Shown: positions 45,635-54,901, counted from the stretch's first letter. The stretch: 64,000 nucleotides of DNA from Candidatus Pacearchaeota archaeon (GCA_017608025.1 JAFCGM010000001.1:3910-67909); one strand, 5' to 3'. Notes: generated by a model from the letters alone, not told the origin. Made by a program: numbers and translations.

Positions 45635-46471
45635 TTATTTTCTAATGTTCTTTTGAAGTGCTAGCAAGTCTTTTGTTGTCAACTTTTTTTTGTTCTTTAA
45701 AGCAGACATTATGTCTTTTTCTTTTGGTTTTAGAGATGGTTTTGGACTAATGTCCATGTTAATTTTTCCAGCGAACGAAGACCATTTTTTAAGAGTTACT
45801 TCAAGTTCAGAATTAAGTTGCTTTATTTCTTTTTTTATTTTTATTATTTCATTATACATTATTTTCTTTTTCTTTTTTATTTCTTGAATTTCCTTAGATT
45901 TTTTAGTTAGATTGCTGAATATGTTCGAGCTTTCATTTGCTTTTTCCTGGATTTTCTTATGATATTTGTCTGCTTCTTTTTTTAATCTTCTTGAATCTTT
46001 TCTTAAGTTAGAAATTTGCTTGAAGCTAAGGTTTTTTTCTGCTTCTTTTAGTTCATTTTTAAGTTCATTTATTTTATTCATTATTTTCTTTTCTTTTGAA
46101 AATGAAAGAACTTCTGTTTCAATTTTGTATTCAAGGTTTTCTATTTCCTTGTTTATTATTGAGATGGGTCTTGTTTTTACTTTTTTATCTTTTTTTGATT
46201 TTAAGGAATTTTTTATTTTATCAATTGTTGACTTTACTTTGTTATTTAGTTTGTTTCTGTTTGTTTTTAGTTTTCTTATTTCTTTATCTATGTTGTCTTT
46301 TTTTTCCTTGAGTGCTGTGGCTTTTTTAATTAACTTGTTTAGTGCCTCAGAAATCTTTTCCTTTTCCGCGTAACTTTTTTCTTTTTTAATATTAAGCTGA
46401 TTAAGAGCAGTGCTAATGCTGCTTATCTCTTTCTTAAACTTTGCAATGTTTTCCTTTGTTTTTTCATCCAT
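45635..46471 (-). CDS. lysine/glutamate-rich coiled-coil protein (hypothetical)
   Basis: 278 aa with heptad-like K/E/N-rich sequence throughout. Confidence 0.45.
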   Translation of the reverse strand: MDEKTKENIAKFKKEISSISTALNQLNIKKEKSYAEKEKISEALNKLIKKATALKEKKDNIDKEIRKLKTNRNKLNNKVKSTIDKIKNSLKSKKDKKVKTRPISIINKEIENLEYKIETEVLSFSKEKKIMNKINELKNELKEAEKNLSFKQISNLRKDSRRLKKEADKYHKKIQEKANESSNIFSNLTKKSKEIQEIKKKKKIMYNEIIKIKKEIKQLNSELEVTLKKWSSFAGKINMDISPKPSLKPKEKDIMSALKNKKKLTTKDLLALQKNIRK

Positions 46472-46489
46472 GAATATAAAAAAGCTGGT

Positions 46490-46807
46490 TTAGCCGAACA
46501 AAGCTCCTAAACCAGCTGCAGCTTCTTCTTCAGATTTTTCAGAATCCTCTTTTTCTTCTTTCTTTTCTTCTTTTGATTCCTCTTTCTTTTCTTCACCTGC
46601 TGGAGCACTTGCAGGGGCTGAAGTTGCTGCAATATTTGTTTCAGCGATTGTCTTGTCGATATCAACATCACCAAGCGCAGTTACAGTGGCCTTGACTCTT
46701 GCCTTGTCTACTTTTACTCCTGCTGCAGACAAGACTTTTTCCATTGCCTCTTCATTTATTTTTTGTCCTGCTTTGTGAAGTAACATAGCAGCGTATAGAT
46801 ATTCCAT
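46490..46807 (-). CDS. rpl12: 50S ribosomal stalk protein P1 (archaeal L12)
   Basis: [14 protein letters not shown]... and the acidic tail ...[12 protein letters not shown]. Confidence 0.9.
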   Translation of the reverse strand: MEYLYAAMLLHKAGQKINEEAMEKVLSAAGVKVDKARVKATVTALGDVDIDKTIAETNIAATSAPASAPAGEEKKEESKEEKKEEKEDSEKSEEEAAAGLGALFG

Positions 46808-46818
46808 TTTTTGCACCT

Positions 46819-47661
46819 CTAAGTATTAGTTTTTAATTTTAGAGCATTAGCTTGTGATTCTGCTTTTTTTAGCAGATATTCTTTTGTTTCGTTATTCAGG
46901 ATTTCTGCTCCTAATGCAAGTTTCTTAGCTTTTGTGTGAGCGTCCTGAATCATATATGGAGCTGTTTCTGCGTTTATAATATTTACTCCTAATGAGAGTT
47001 TCAATGAATCCATATAAGCATTTTTAATTTTGCTGATGAACTCTTCTTCATTAATATTAAGTATGTCTTTCACAAACACCTCTTTTCCTTCTAAAGCGCA
47101 GACAAGATTAATTCCAATTTTCATTGGCTTCATATTGAATTTTGACAAAATATTTGCAATATCTTCAGTTATTTCCTCGCTTTGCTTTACAATTGTCTTT
47201 TCATTTTTTATTGCGATTTTTCCGCCTTCAACAGAAGTTTTGAATCCAAATTTTCCTAGTTCAGAAATCATTGGTCCTGGTGTGAAAGGAGTTGGGCCTG
47301 CTTTTATTACAATATCTTTTGGAGCTATTTGCCCTGCCTTTGCAGGAGCATCGCTTCTATTTGTTTTCAGTATTTTGAAAAGCTCGAATGCATTTTCATC
47401 TGACAGAATTAAAGCAGCCATTCCGTTTACATACTCTTTCAGCTTTTTTGCTTCAGCTTTTTTCGCTTCATCAAGAGACAGATTTATTATTCTCCTTCGA
47501 CTCATTCTTATTTTTGCTTTGTTTCTTATTTTTTCCCGAATTGTTTGAAGCTGATATGCTGGAAGTTCTCTCATGTCAATTATGCCAATTGTTTTATACT
47601 TATCAATATCATGAGCAAGTTCTTTTACTTTCTGCTTCTTTTTTTCTGAAGGCGCTTTCAT
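46819..47661 (-). CDS. rpl10: 50S ribosomal protein L10 (uL10 / P0)
   Basis: Position between L1 and P1. Length and N-terminal [33 protein letters not shown] pattern. Confidence 0.85.
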   Translation of the reverse strand: MKAPSEKKKQKVKELAHDIDKYKTIGIIDMRELPAYQLQTIREKIRNKAKIRMSRRRIINLSLDEAKKAEAKKLKEYVNGMAALILSDENAFELFKILKTNRSDAPAKAGQIAPKDIVIKAGPTPFTPGPMISELGKFGFKTSVEGGKIAIKNEKTIVKQSEEITEDIANILSKFNMKPMKIGINLVCALEGKEVFVKDILNINEEEFISKIKNAYMDSLKLSLGVNIINAETAPYMIQDAHTKAKKLALGAEILNNETKEYLLKKAESQANALKLKTNT

Positions 47662-48299
47662 ATTTTTACAACCTCTGGCTTTCCCATTGTTGTTTTGATT
47701 ATGATTTTCTTTATGTTTCCTTTTCCTTCTGGAAGTTTGTGAATCAAATGATTAATAATATAAACAGCATTTTTTGCAAGGTCTTCGTTTTTAAATTCTT
47801 CAGTTCCTATTTTGCAGTTTATTGTTGGATTTTTTGCTGCTTTTAATAGTGTATTGTTTTTTATTTTTGGAACAATGCTCTCAAGTTTTGCATTTGGAGG
47901 AACAATTTGCCCTGCTTTTGGGTTTGGCATTTTTCCATGAACACCAAGATACTTACCAAAAGTCTTAGCTACCAAAGGCATTATGTTTGCCTGAGCAATA
48001 AAGAAATCATATTCTTTTGCAAGATTTTTGCAGTCCTTTTTGCTTGTCCATAAAGGAAATTTTTTCTCTTCAATTACTTTGTCGCAGGTTTTTTCTGCTT
48101 GGCTTTTTAATTCTGTTCCAACCAGAGCACAAACTTTTTTTTCTCCTGTTTTAACTGGCAAAGTGATGTATTCTTCTATTTTATTATTTCCTTTTATGTC
48201 AAAATCTTTTAGAGCAATAATTAGGTCTATTGACTGCGTGAATTTTCTTTCTTTGCCTTGTCGGGCTTTTTTCAAAGCCTCAATAATTTTGTTTTCCAT
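47658..48299 (-). CDS. rpl1: 50S ribosomal protein L1 (uL1)
   Basis: FTQSIDLIIALKDFD...FFIAQANIMPLVAKTFGKYLG. ATG at 48299; the track extension to 48344 translates a conserved leader motif. Confidence 0.85.
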   Translation of the reverse strand: MENKIIEALKKARQGKERKFTQSIDLIIALKDFDIKGNNKIEEYITLPVKTGEKKVCALVGTELKSQAEKTCDKVIEEKKFPLWTSKKDCKNLAKEYDFFIAQANIMPLVAKTFGKYLGVHGKMPNPKAGQIVPPNAKLESIVPKIKNNTLLKAAKNPTINCKIGTEEFKNEDLAKNAVYIINHLIHKLPEGKGNIKKIIIKTTMGKPEVVKI

Positions 48300-48574
48300 T
48301 GTCTTTTTAGTGAAGGGACCTACGCTGAGCGTATTGCTTTGCAATGCACTGTTTCGCTATGCGAGAATTATCTTCGCAGAGACCCAATTATCCAGCACAC
48401 TAACAAGTAACAGAACCTCTTTATTTGCCTTTTCAAAAAAGGCAAAATACCAACCTTCTGCCGAAGCAGTATGCGGATGTTGTTATGATGTTATTAATCA
48501 AATTGTTTTCTTTTTAAATGTTTCGTTGCTTTTTCTATAAAATTTATATACTATTACTTTTGCTTTTAGCAGGG

Positions 48575-48841
48575 ATGGAAAAAATACTGAATGATTTAGT
48601 TGAAAATGTAAAAAAGAACTTTTCAAATGAATTAAACCCTGAAGAACTATCTGTGAGCTCGCTGAATGGAATAACCGTAATAAGTATTGCCAAAAGACCA
48701 GATGTTTTTCCTAGCGGAGTTGCTTCTTATTCAAAGGCAAATGGCTGTGCTTGTAAAATTCAAGAACTTATTAATAATTATACAAACTACAACATTGAAG
48801 TTGAAGAAGGAACTTTTGATTATAGGTTTCGGTTTCTGTGA
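48575..48841 (+). CDS. hypothetical protein
   Basis: 88 aa from the ATG at 48575. Converges on the HerA-like gene. Confidence 0.35.
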   Translation: MEKILNDLVENVKKNFSNELNPEELSVSSLNGITVISIAKRPDVFPSGVASYSKANGCACKIQELINNYTNYNIEVEEGTFDYRFRFL

Positions 48842-50911
48842 TTATTTTACTTGCAATGCGTAGCTCATTGCATCAATTATTTTTTCTGAATTTTTTGTTT
48901 TGACTTTGTAAAAAGGTATGTATGTAAGTTTTTTTTGTTTAACTTCAAGGTTTTGCCTTTCAAGAAAATTTATTATGTCTTGCTGATTTATTTTTGGTGA
49001 GAGCTTTTTTGCAGAAGGGCTTTCAATGTATTTCGGCCTTTCAGTGAAATTGTAATTTGAAAAGTCAATTACTGCTTGCGGATTTGCCTTGACTTTGTTT
49101 TTGTTTGCAATAACAAATTTGTTTTTCCACAAAAATTCTACTATTTTGTTTACTTCTGAGAAGCTCATTTTTGTTTTCATGAAAAGTTCTGATGCAGTTA
49201 CTTCTTTGTTTTTAGTTATTATGGAAAAGATTTCCCGCATTTTAGGTGAGAGTTTTGCTGTGTTTGAAGGTACAGGAAACATTTGAAGCTTGTTGGTTAT
49301 TTTGTAAATTCTTGGAATTATCAAATCAAAAACAATGTGAAAAGAGCGGTCATTTTTTCCCACCAGAACACTTAAGCATGGTCTGAGAAGGGTTTCCACT
49401 GTTTTTACTTCTGTTTCTTCTATTTTTCGAACATCATTAAGGGTTATTTTTGGCTGGAACATATATTCAAGCTCTTTTCCTTTTTCCGAGCCAGAGTCCT
49501 CAGTAGAAGGGCTTTTTCCAAAGTCAAATGTTTTTGAACGTCCGCCATGCTCTGATTTTCTGACTCGCACATCAACAAAAACAGGATAATCTGCAGCACC
49601 AATTACCAATGCTTTTCCAATTGGTAGGTTTTTAATTTCTTCTTCTGTTTCAGATGTGACTCCTTCAAATGACGTTGAAATTGCCTTTAAGTCATTTGGA
49701 TTTGTAACCTGCAGAGCAATTTGGCTTGTGCACTGGCTTAAAACAGATTTATCTACGCGAGCAGGCCTTTGAGAAATAACTGCAAGTCCGAGACCGAATT
49801 TTCTTCCTTCAGAAGCAACTGCACGAATTATTTTAGATGATTTTGCTTCTCCGAATCCACGGTCAGGGCAGAAGTTGTGAGATTCTTCAACAACAAGGAA
49901 AAAAGGCGGAATTTCTTCAACTTTTCTTTGTTCAAAAAGCTCAGATATTATTGCATTAGTAACAGTTTCTTGAATTTCTTTTGGCGACCCTTTCAAATTT
50001 ATAATAGTGATTTGATTTGGTTTAACCATTTCTGAAGCAGGTGTTGGATTGTGTGAAAATAATCCAAGCTTTTGCAGAGATTCAATTCCTGAAATTAGCT
50101 TCCATTTTGCATTTGAATCAGAAAATTCAAGCTCTGCTATAATGTCGTCAAAATTAAAATGAGATTTTTTTTCTTTTATGTTGCTGATAATGCTGTAAAT
50201 AAGACCTTTTTGTGCTGCAGTGAGCTTGAACGGATAGTTTTCAATAAGAGATATTGCATTTTGAGGAACAGGTATTTTTATTTGCTCAGCATCAAGATTT
50301 ACTTGGATGTTTGCAGTTAGTTCCTTAACTTGTTCAGCAAATCCTTTTGACTTTATGTCAAACTGACTGAAATACTTTTTGTCTTCACTGTCTGTGTTTG
50401 GATATTTTATTGAAGAATATTCTCCGTGCGGATCTATTACAACAACAGGAATTCCATAATTTATAAGTTCTTCAAGAAGCACTCCGATTGCATATGATTT
50501 TCCAGCTCCGGATTTTGCCAGGACTGCAAGGTGTTTTGTTATTATTTTTTTAGGGTCTATGAAAGCTTTTATATTGTCCTGTCCTTCAAGATATCCTAGA
50601 TAAAGGCCTTTTTGCTGCAGTCCAAGAGTGCTTTTTATAAGCTCCTGGTCTGCTAGAAAAACTTCTGTGTTGGGGGTAAGAGGAGTCCTTGGCTTTCTTA
50701 AGAATCCGCGTTCGTTTCTGTAGCCGATTATTGAGCAGGATGCTATTTCCTCTTTTGATGTTTTTATTATTTCATTAACTTGAGCAAGTATGTTCCCTAC
50801 ATCAGCGTGCCTTATTTTTACATAATCCCATTTTTGAGTATGAGATTCTACTTTGAAATTGAATTTTGTTGTGGTTATTTTTCCAAAAATTTGACCAAGA
50901 GGAATTTGCAT
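48842..50911 (-). CDS. HerA/FtsK-like (DUF87) hexameric ATPase with long C-terminal extension
   Basis: N-terminal barrel-like region. Walker A LAKSGAGKSY, Walker B FFLVVEESHNF. About 230 extra C-terminal residues with a winged-helix-like segment (TASELFMKTKMSFSEVNKIVEFLWKNKFV). Confidence 0.7.
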   Translation of the reverse strand: MQIPLGQIFGKITTTKFNFKVESHTQKWDYVKIRHADVGNILAQVNEIIKTSKEEIASCSIIGYRNERGFLRKPRTPLTPNTEVFLADQELIKSTLGLQQKGLYLGYLEGQDNIKAFIDPKKIITKHLAVLAKSGAGKSYAIGVLLEELINYGIPVVVIDPHGEYSSIKYPNTDSEDKKYFSQFDIKSKGFAEQVKELTANIQVNLDAEQIKIPVPQNAISLIENYPFKLTAAQKGLIYSIISNIKEKKSHFNFDDIIAELEFSDSNAKWKLISGIESLQKLGLFSHNPTPASEMVKPNQITIINLKGSPKEIQETVTNAIISELFEQRKVEEIPPFFLVVEESHNFCPDRGFGEAKSSKIIRAVASEGRKFGLGLAVISQRPARVDKSVLSQCTSQIALQVTNPNDLKAISTSFEGVTSETEEEIKNLPIGKALVIGAADYPVFVDVRVRKSEHGGRSKTFDFGKSPSTEDSGSEKGKELEYMFQPKITLNDVRKIEETEVKTVETLLRPCLSVLVGKNDRSFHIVFDLIIPRIYKITNKLQMFPVPSNTAKLSPKMREIFSIITKNKEVTASELFMKTKMSFSEVNKIVEFLWKNKFVIANKNKVKANPQAVIDFSNYNFTERPKYIESPSAKKLSPKINQQDIINFLERQNLEVKQKKLTYIPFYKVKTKNSEKIIDAMSYALQVK

Positions 50912-51004
50912 AACAATATTTTACCGTTTCCTAATTTAAAAGTTTATTTGGTTAATGAAACATATAAATTCAAGTAAATAAAGGGTTTTATATTTTTATT
51001 TAAG

Positions 51005-51352
51005 ATGTTTTTTATGAGCTTGAAAAAAGACCATTATTTTCGGGTTTTGAAGAACTCTGTTGGAAAACACTTTTCAAGTGAAAGAACACAATACAATTCT
51101 TCTCAAAAAGAGATAATTTCTGAAGAAAAAAATTTTTCTGAAGAAAAATTAGAGTCTTTGCTTTTTGATATTAGCAGTTCTTTTAAAAAAGAAAATTTTA
51201 ATATTTATTTTCATACAATTTCAAAATCAAGACAAAACAGAGCTGAACTTATTAATTTGGTTTCTGGAAGCGAAAAATACAATATAACAATTACTGCAGA
51301 TACTGATGAGAAAGGAACTCGGTATAAAATAAGCCTTTTCTTAGATTTTTAG
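51005..51352 (+). CDS. hypothetical protein
   Basis: 115-aa ORF transcribed divergently from the HerA-like gene. Confidence 0.35.
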   Translation: MFFMSLKKDHYFRVLKNSVGKHFSSERTQYNSSQKEIISEEKNFSEEKLESLLFDISSSFKKENFNIYFHTISKSRQNRAELINLVSGSEKYNITITADTDEKGTRYKISLFLDF

Positions 51353-51437
51353 AAAAATAAAATTCTTACCAAACAACATTGACTTCATCTGTTCTCTAGC
51401 AAACCCTTTAGAAAAGTGTTTGTATTCCCAAAGCTTT

Positions 51438-51567
51438 CTTAGAAAGAAAGCTTGCAAAGAACAAAATTTTTCTTAGAAAGAAAGCTTGCAAAGAACAAAA
51501 TTTTTCTTAGAAAGAAAGCTTGCAAAGAACAAAATTTTTCTTAGAAAGAAAGCTTGCAAAGAACAAC
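51438..51567. repeat. 34-nt tandem repeat, about 3.8 copies
   Basis: cttagaaagaaagcttgcaaagaacaaaattttt starts at 51438, 51472, 51506 and 51540. Confidence 0.95.
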
Positions 51568-51597
51568 AACCTAAACTTTGTTCTAAACAAAAAGAAA

Positions 51598-52587
51598 TTA
51601 CCAAACAACATTGACTTCATCTATTCTCCAATGCTGTTTTATTCCTGATTTTATGAGCCGTGTTTTTTTACCTGCTTTATGCTCAAGGATTCCCTGCCAA
51701 GCAATCATTGTTCCATTGTCTCCTGCTAATGAAGGCGGTACTGCTGAAAATTTTATGTTTCTTTTTCTGCACATAATTTCCATCATTTCCTTTAATCTGG
51801 AATTTGCAGCTACTCCGCCAGTAAGAAGAACTTCTTTTTTTCCAATGTGTGAGATTGCTCGTTCTGTTGCTTCAACAAGCTCTGAAAATGCAGTTTCCTG
51901 TGCTGAATAGCAAAGGTTTTGTTTTGAGTGCTTTTTTGAAATATTATTCAGCTTTGTTTGCAATCCAGAGAAAGCAAAATCCATTCCTTTTATTGTGTAA
52001 GGAAGCTTGATGTAATTTTTTCCTTTTTTTGCTAATTTTTCAATTTCTGGTCCAGCTGGAAATCCAATTCCGAGGGTGCGGCCAAAGGAATCAAGGAAGT
52101 TTCCAACCCCAATATCAAGAGTTTCGCCGAAAACGCGATATTTACCAGATGCAAGAGCCAGTATTTGGGTGTTTGCTCCTGACACATAAAGAGTTATGGG
52201 GTCTTTGAAACCAGAATAAAGCTTTCCGATTTCAATGTGAGCTATGCAGTGGTTTACTCCAATCAATGGCTTTTTTAGGAAAATTGACAGAGAGCGGGCA
52301 GCATTTGCCCCTATTCTAAGACACGCTCCAAGCCCAGGCCCTTGAGAAAAAGCAACCAAGTCAATATCTTTGAATTCAATTTTAGCGGATTTCATTGCTT
52401 TTTCAATGATTTTGTCGTAAATCAGCTTGTGATGCTCTGCTGCTTTTCTAGGGTGGATTCCTGCGTTTTCTGTTGTAAATACTGACTTTTCATTAGCAAG
52501 TATTTTTCCACTATTATCAACAATTCCAACTCCAAAAGTATGGGCAGTAGATTCAATTCCTATGCATATCATTTTTTGCTGTTTCAT
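51598..52587 (-). CDS. kae1: tRNA N6-adenosine threonylcarbamoyltransferase Kae1
   Basis: GIESTAHTFGVGIV, HCIAHIE, GGVAANSRL. No fused Bud32 domain. Confidence 0.9.
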   Translation of the reverse strand: MKQQKMICIGIESTAHTFGVGIVDNSGKILANEKSVFTTENAGIHPRKAAEHHKLIYDKIIEKAMKSAKIEFKDIDLVAFSQGPGLGACLRIGANAARSLSIFLKKPLIGVNHCIAHIEIGKLYSGFKDPITLYVSGANTQILALASGKYRVFGETLDIGVGNFLDSFGRTLGIGFPAGPEIEKLAKKGKNYIKLPYTIKGMDFAFSGLQTKLNNISKKHSKQNLCYSAQETAFSELVEATERAISHIGKKEVLLTGGVAANSRLKEMMEIMCRKRNIKFSAVPPSLAGDNGTMIAWQGILEHKAGKKTRLIKSGIKQHWRIDEVNVVW

Positions 52588-53599
52588 TTATTTTAGATTT
52601 TCCTTTTTTAAACAATCTTTCAAGCCATTCAACTACTTCATCAGTTACTTCAAAATCATGGTCTTTAAGATGTTCTATTAGAATTCTTTTTGTTTCACTT
52701 ATTTCTTTTATGCAAGTGTTTTTGTATTCTTCCTGGATATTTTGTATTTCTTTCATTATTTTATTTACTTCTTCAATTTCTTTGGAACTAATCTTTTTTT
52801 TGCTTAGTTTTTCAAGAGCTTCTTTTCTTTTTTCTGCAAGTCTCTTTTTAATCATAAGTAGCTCTTTGCTTTTTACAACACGCAAACGTTGAAATGTTGC
52901 TTTAGCACTTTTAAATACTACTAAGTGATCTTTTTCCTTTTTTTCTTTTATGTGATCTTTTACAATATGCCAAATCATTGAAGCATTTCTCCTAAAATAA
53001 TTATACAGTTCTTTTTCTAGAGCTTCATCTTTTTCAATTTGATGCCGCAATTTTTCAATTTTGCTTTTGTTTGTTATGTCTGGTTTTTCCATTTTTCTGT
53101 AATGTTTTGTTAGTTTTAAGTCAGCCATTTTTTCTTGAATTAATGCTGCTTCATATTCTGATAATTTTTTTAATGAATCTGAAAATTCTTTAAAATCTTT
53201 GCTATTTTTGAATTGAGATGTTACATGATTTAAAACTGTTTTTTCAAGATATGTTTTTGCAACATCAGAAAAAGATATTATTTCCTTTGCTTTTTTTATT
53301 AAATTATGGTATTCGTTACTATATTGTTTTATAGTTATTTTTTCAGGAGAAGACTCTGACTCTTTTATAAAAAGTTTAAATTCTTTGTATGAATTTTCAA
53401 TATAGTTTATAATTTCATTTGAAAATTTATTTTTTATTTTAGAATCATATTGCAGTTCATAACTCTCATAAAGTTCTTTTATGTCCTTGAAAATTTTTTT
53501 AATTCCTTTTCTTAATAGCCATTTTTTTAGTTTTTCATATCTCTTGCAGTAAATTTTAAGCTTGTTTATTATTTCACTAATATCAATTATATTATTCAT
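52553..53599 (-). CDS. K/E-rich coiled-coil protein (hypothetical)
   Basis: 348-aa ORF whose 3-prime end overlaps the kae1 start. Confidence 0.45.
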   Translation of the reverse strand: MNNIIDISEIINKLKIYCKRYEKLKKWLLRKGIKKIFKDIKELYESYELQYDSKIKNKFSNEIINYIENSYKEFKLFIKESESSPEKITIKQYSNEYHNLIKKAKEIISFSDVAKTYLEKTVLNHVTSQFKNSKDFKEFSDSLKKLSEYEAALIQEKMADLKLTKHYRKMEKPDITNKSKIEKLRHQIEKDEALEKELYNYFRRNASMIWHIVKDHIKEKKEKDHLVVFKSAKATFQRLRVVKSKELLMIKKRLAEKRKEALEKLSKKKISSKEIEEVNKIMKEIQNIQEEYKNTCIKEISETKRILIEHLKDHDFEVTDEVVEWLERLFKKGKSKINETAKNDMHRN

Positions 53600-53653
53600 A
53601 AAACTTAATATTTATTATCCTTAATAATTCTTATGAAATTATTCTTTAGAATC

Positions 53654-53775
53654 CTGGCGGAAAACGATTAGGAATAAACAACTAAAGGAAGAATTACAGT
53701 TGCACAGCCCTTTTAGAAAAAGCGCTGGCGGAAAACGATTAGGAATAAACAACTAAAGGAAGAATTACAGTTGCA
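53654..53775. repeat. 51-nt direct repeat x2 (20-nt spacer) duplicating the dhs 3-prime end
   Basis: ctggcggaaaacgattaggaataaacaactaaaggaagaattacagttgca occurs at 53654-53704 and 53725-53775. Confidence 0.95.
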
Positions 53776-54647
53776 TCTCCAGGGATTGTGACGAATTTTG
53801 CGTTTTCCTTGACTTTTCCCCAAGAAATTGCTTCCCTTATTCTTGCTCCAGACAGAGAGCCGTCCCATTCTGGGGCAGAAGTTATGTAAACAGCATAATC
53901 AAGTCCGTTTCTGAACTGCGCCCACCAGATTACATGGTGCTTTGATATTCCTCCGCCAAGCATTAATGCTCCGAGCTTTTTTGAGTCCATTACAAAATTG
54001 TATATTTTTTGCTCATCTTCAAAAAGGTTTAGTTTGAATTCCTTGTTTCTGTTCCAAAAAGACCATAATTGAGATCCAAGAGCGCCATCAAGCGGTCCGG
54101 GCAAGAATATAGGAATTTGATTTTTCCAGCACCAATAAAGAATTGATTCTGCTTTTTTATTTGATTTTGAGAGCTCTTTTCCAATTTCCCATACAAGCTC
54201 ATGAGTTGACCATTCTTTTTTTTCAGAAAAAAACTTTTTTAACATTGGCTGGATTTTATCTTCCATAACTGGACCATATGAATCTTCATCAAGGTAAATG
54301 TTTCCAAGGCGGAATAAATGCTTTTTGTGAAGCTCCTTGTCGTTTACAAACCATGAGCCTTTTTTGTAGTCTTTGTAAAGCCGAATCAAATCATGTGCTA
54401 CAAAAGCAGGAGTTGAAATAATTGCATCAACTTGATTTTTCCTAACTAAGTCCTTGATTAATCCGCGAGTGCCAACAGCAATTAAGTTTCCAGTAACAGA
54501 AAGAATTATTTTGCAGTCTTTTTCTGACTGCATTTTTTTCCAGATTTTACTTCCAGTTGCAACTTCTGTTGAAGAGAAGCCACCAGCTTCTGAAAATTGA
54601 GAAACCAAATCCTTAATTGTTTTTGGAGAGTTTATGTCCTTAATCAT
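53739..54647 (-). CDS. dhs: deoxyhypusine synthase
   Basis: LGALMLGGGISKHHVIWWAQF and ISWGKV patterns. About 300 aa. Confidence 0.85.
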   Translation of the reverse strand: MIKDINSPKTIKDLVSQFSEAGGFSSTEVATGSKIWKKMQSEKDCKIILSVTGNLIAVGTRGLIKDLVRKNQVDAIISTPAFVAHDLIRLYKDYKKGSWFVNDKELHKKHLFRLGNIYLDEDSYGPVMEDKIQPMLKKFFSEKKEWSTHELVWEIGKELSKSNKKAESILYWCWKNQIPIFLPGPLDGALGSQLWSFWNRNKEFKLNLFEDEQKIYNFVMDSKKLGALMLGGGISKHHVIWWAQFRNGLDYAVYITSAPEWDGSLSGARIREAISWGKVKENAKFVTIPGDATVILPLVVYS

Positions 54648-54901
54648 TATTCTTGCTTTTCAGATTCTTTATTTTCCTTTGCTTTTGAGGGCTCTTTCTT
54701 GAATTCTGAAAATCCGCATTTTCCGCAATGGTACCTGTCCTTGTGTTCAGCCATAAAAACACCATGACCGCATTTTGGGCATGACCTTTTTTCCCTTGAG
54801 ACAGAATTACCTTCAATTTTATAAAATAATGATTTTTTAGAAGTCTTGCTAGCTTTATGTTCTTTCTTACCTTTTTTCTTTACATTACGTTTTTTAGCCA
54901 T
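54647..54901 (-). CDS. rps27ae: 30S ribosomal protein S27ae
   Basis: CPKCGHGVFMAEHKDRYHCGKCGF zinc ribbon. ATG at 54901. Confidence 0.85.
   Translation of the reverse strand: MAKKRNVKKKGKKEHKASKTSKKSLFYKIEGNSVSREKRSCPKCGHGVFMAEHKDRYHCGKCGFSEFKKEPSKAKENKESEKQE

Noticed and set aside
48300-48520. GC-rich hairpin region upstream of rpl1 considered as an RNase P RNA or other known ncRNA
   Set aside because: No CR-I/CR-V-like RNase P signatures or C/D or H/ACA boxes could be recognised by eye. Left as part of the operon-breakpoint observation.
48842-50911. HerA-like ATPase considered as the core of an anti-phage defence system
   Set aside because: No recognisable effector (Sir2, nuclease, DUF4297 etc.) lies adjacent, only two small unrecognisable ORFs. 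Reported as a curiosity, not as a defence system.
51438-51567. 34-nt tandem repeat considered as a CRISPR array
   Set aside because: The units are directly adjacent with no spacers. There are only about 3.8 copies, and no cas genes or leader are present. It is a plain tandem repeat inside a modular insert.
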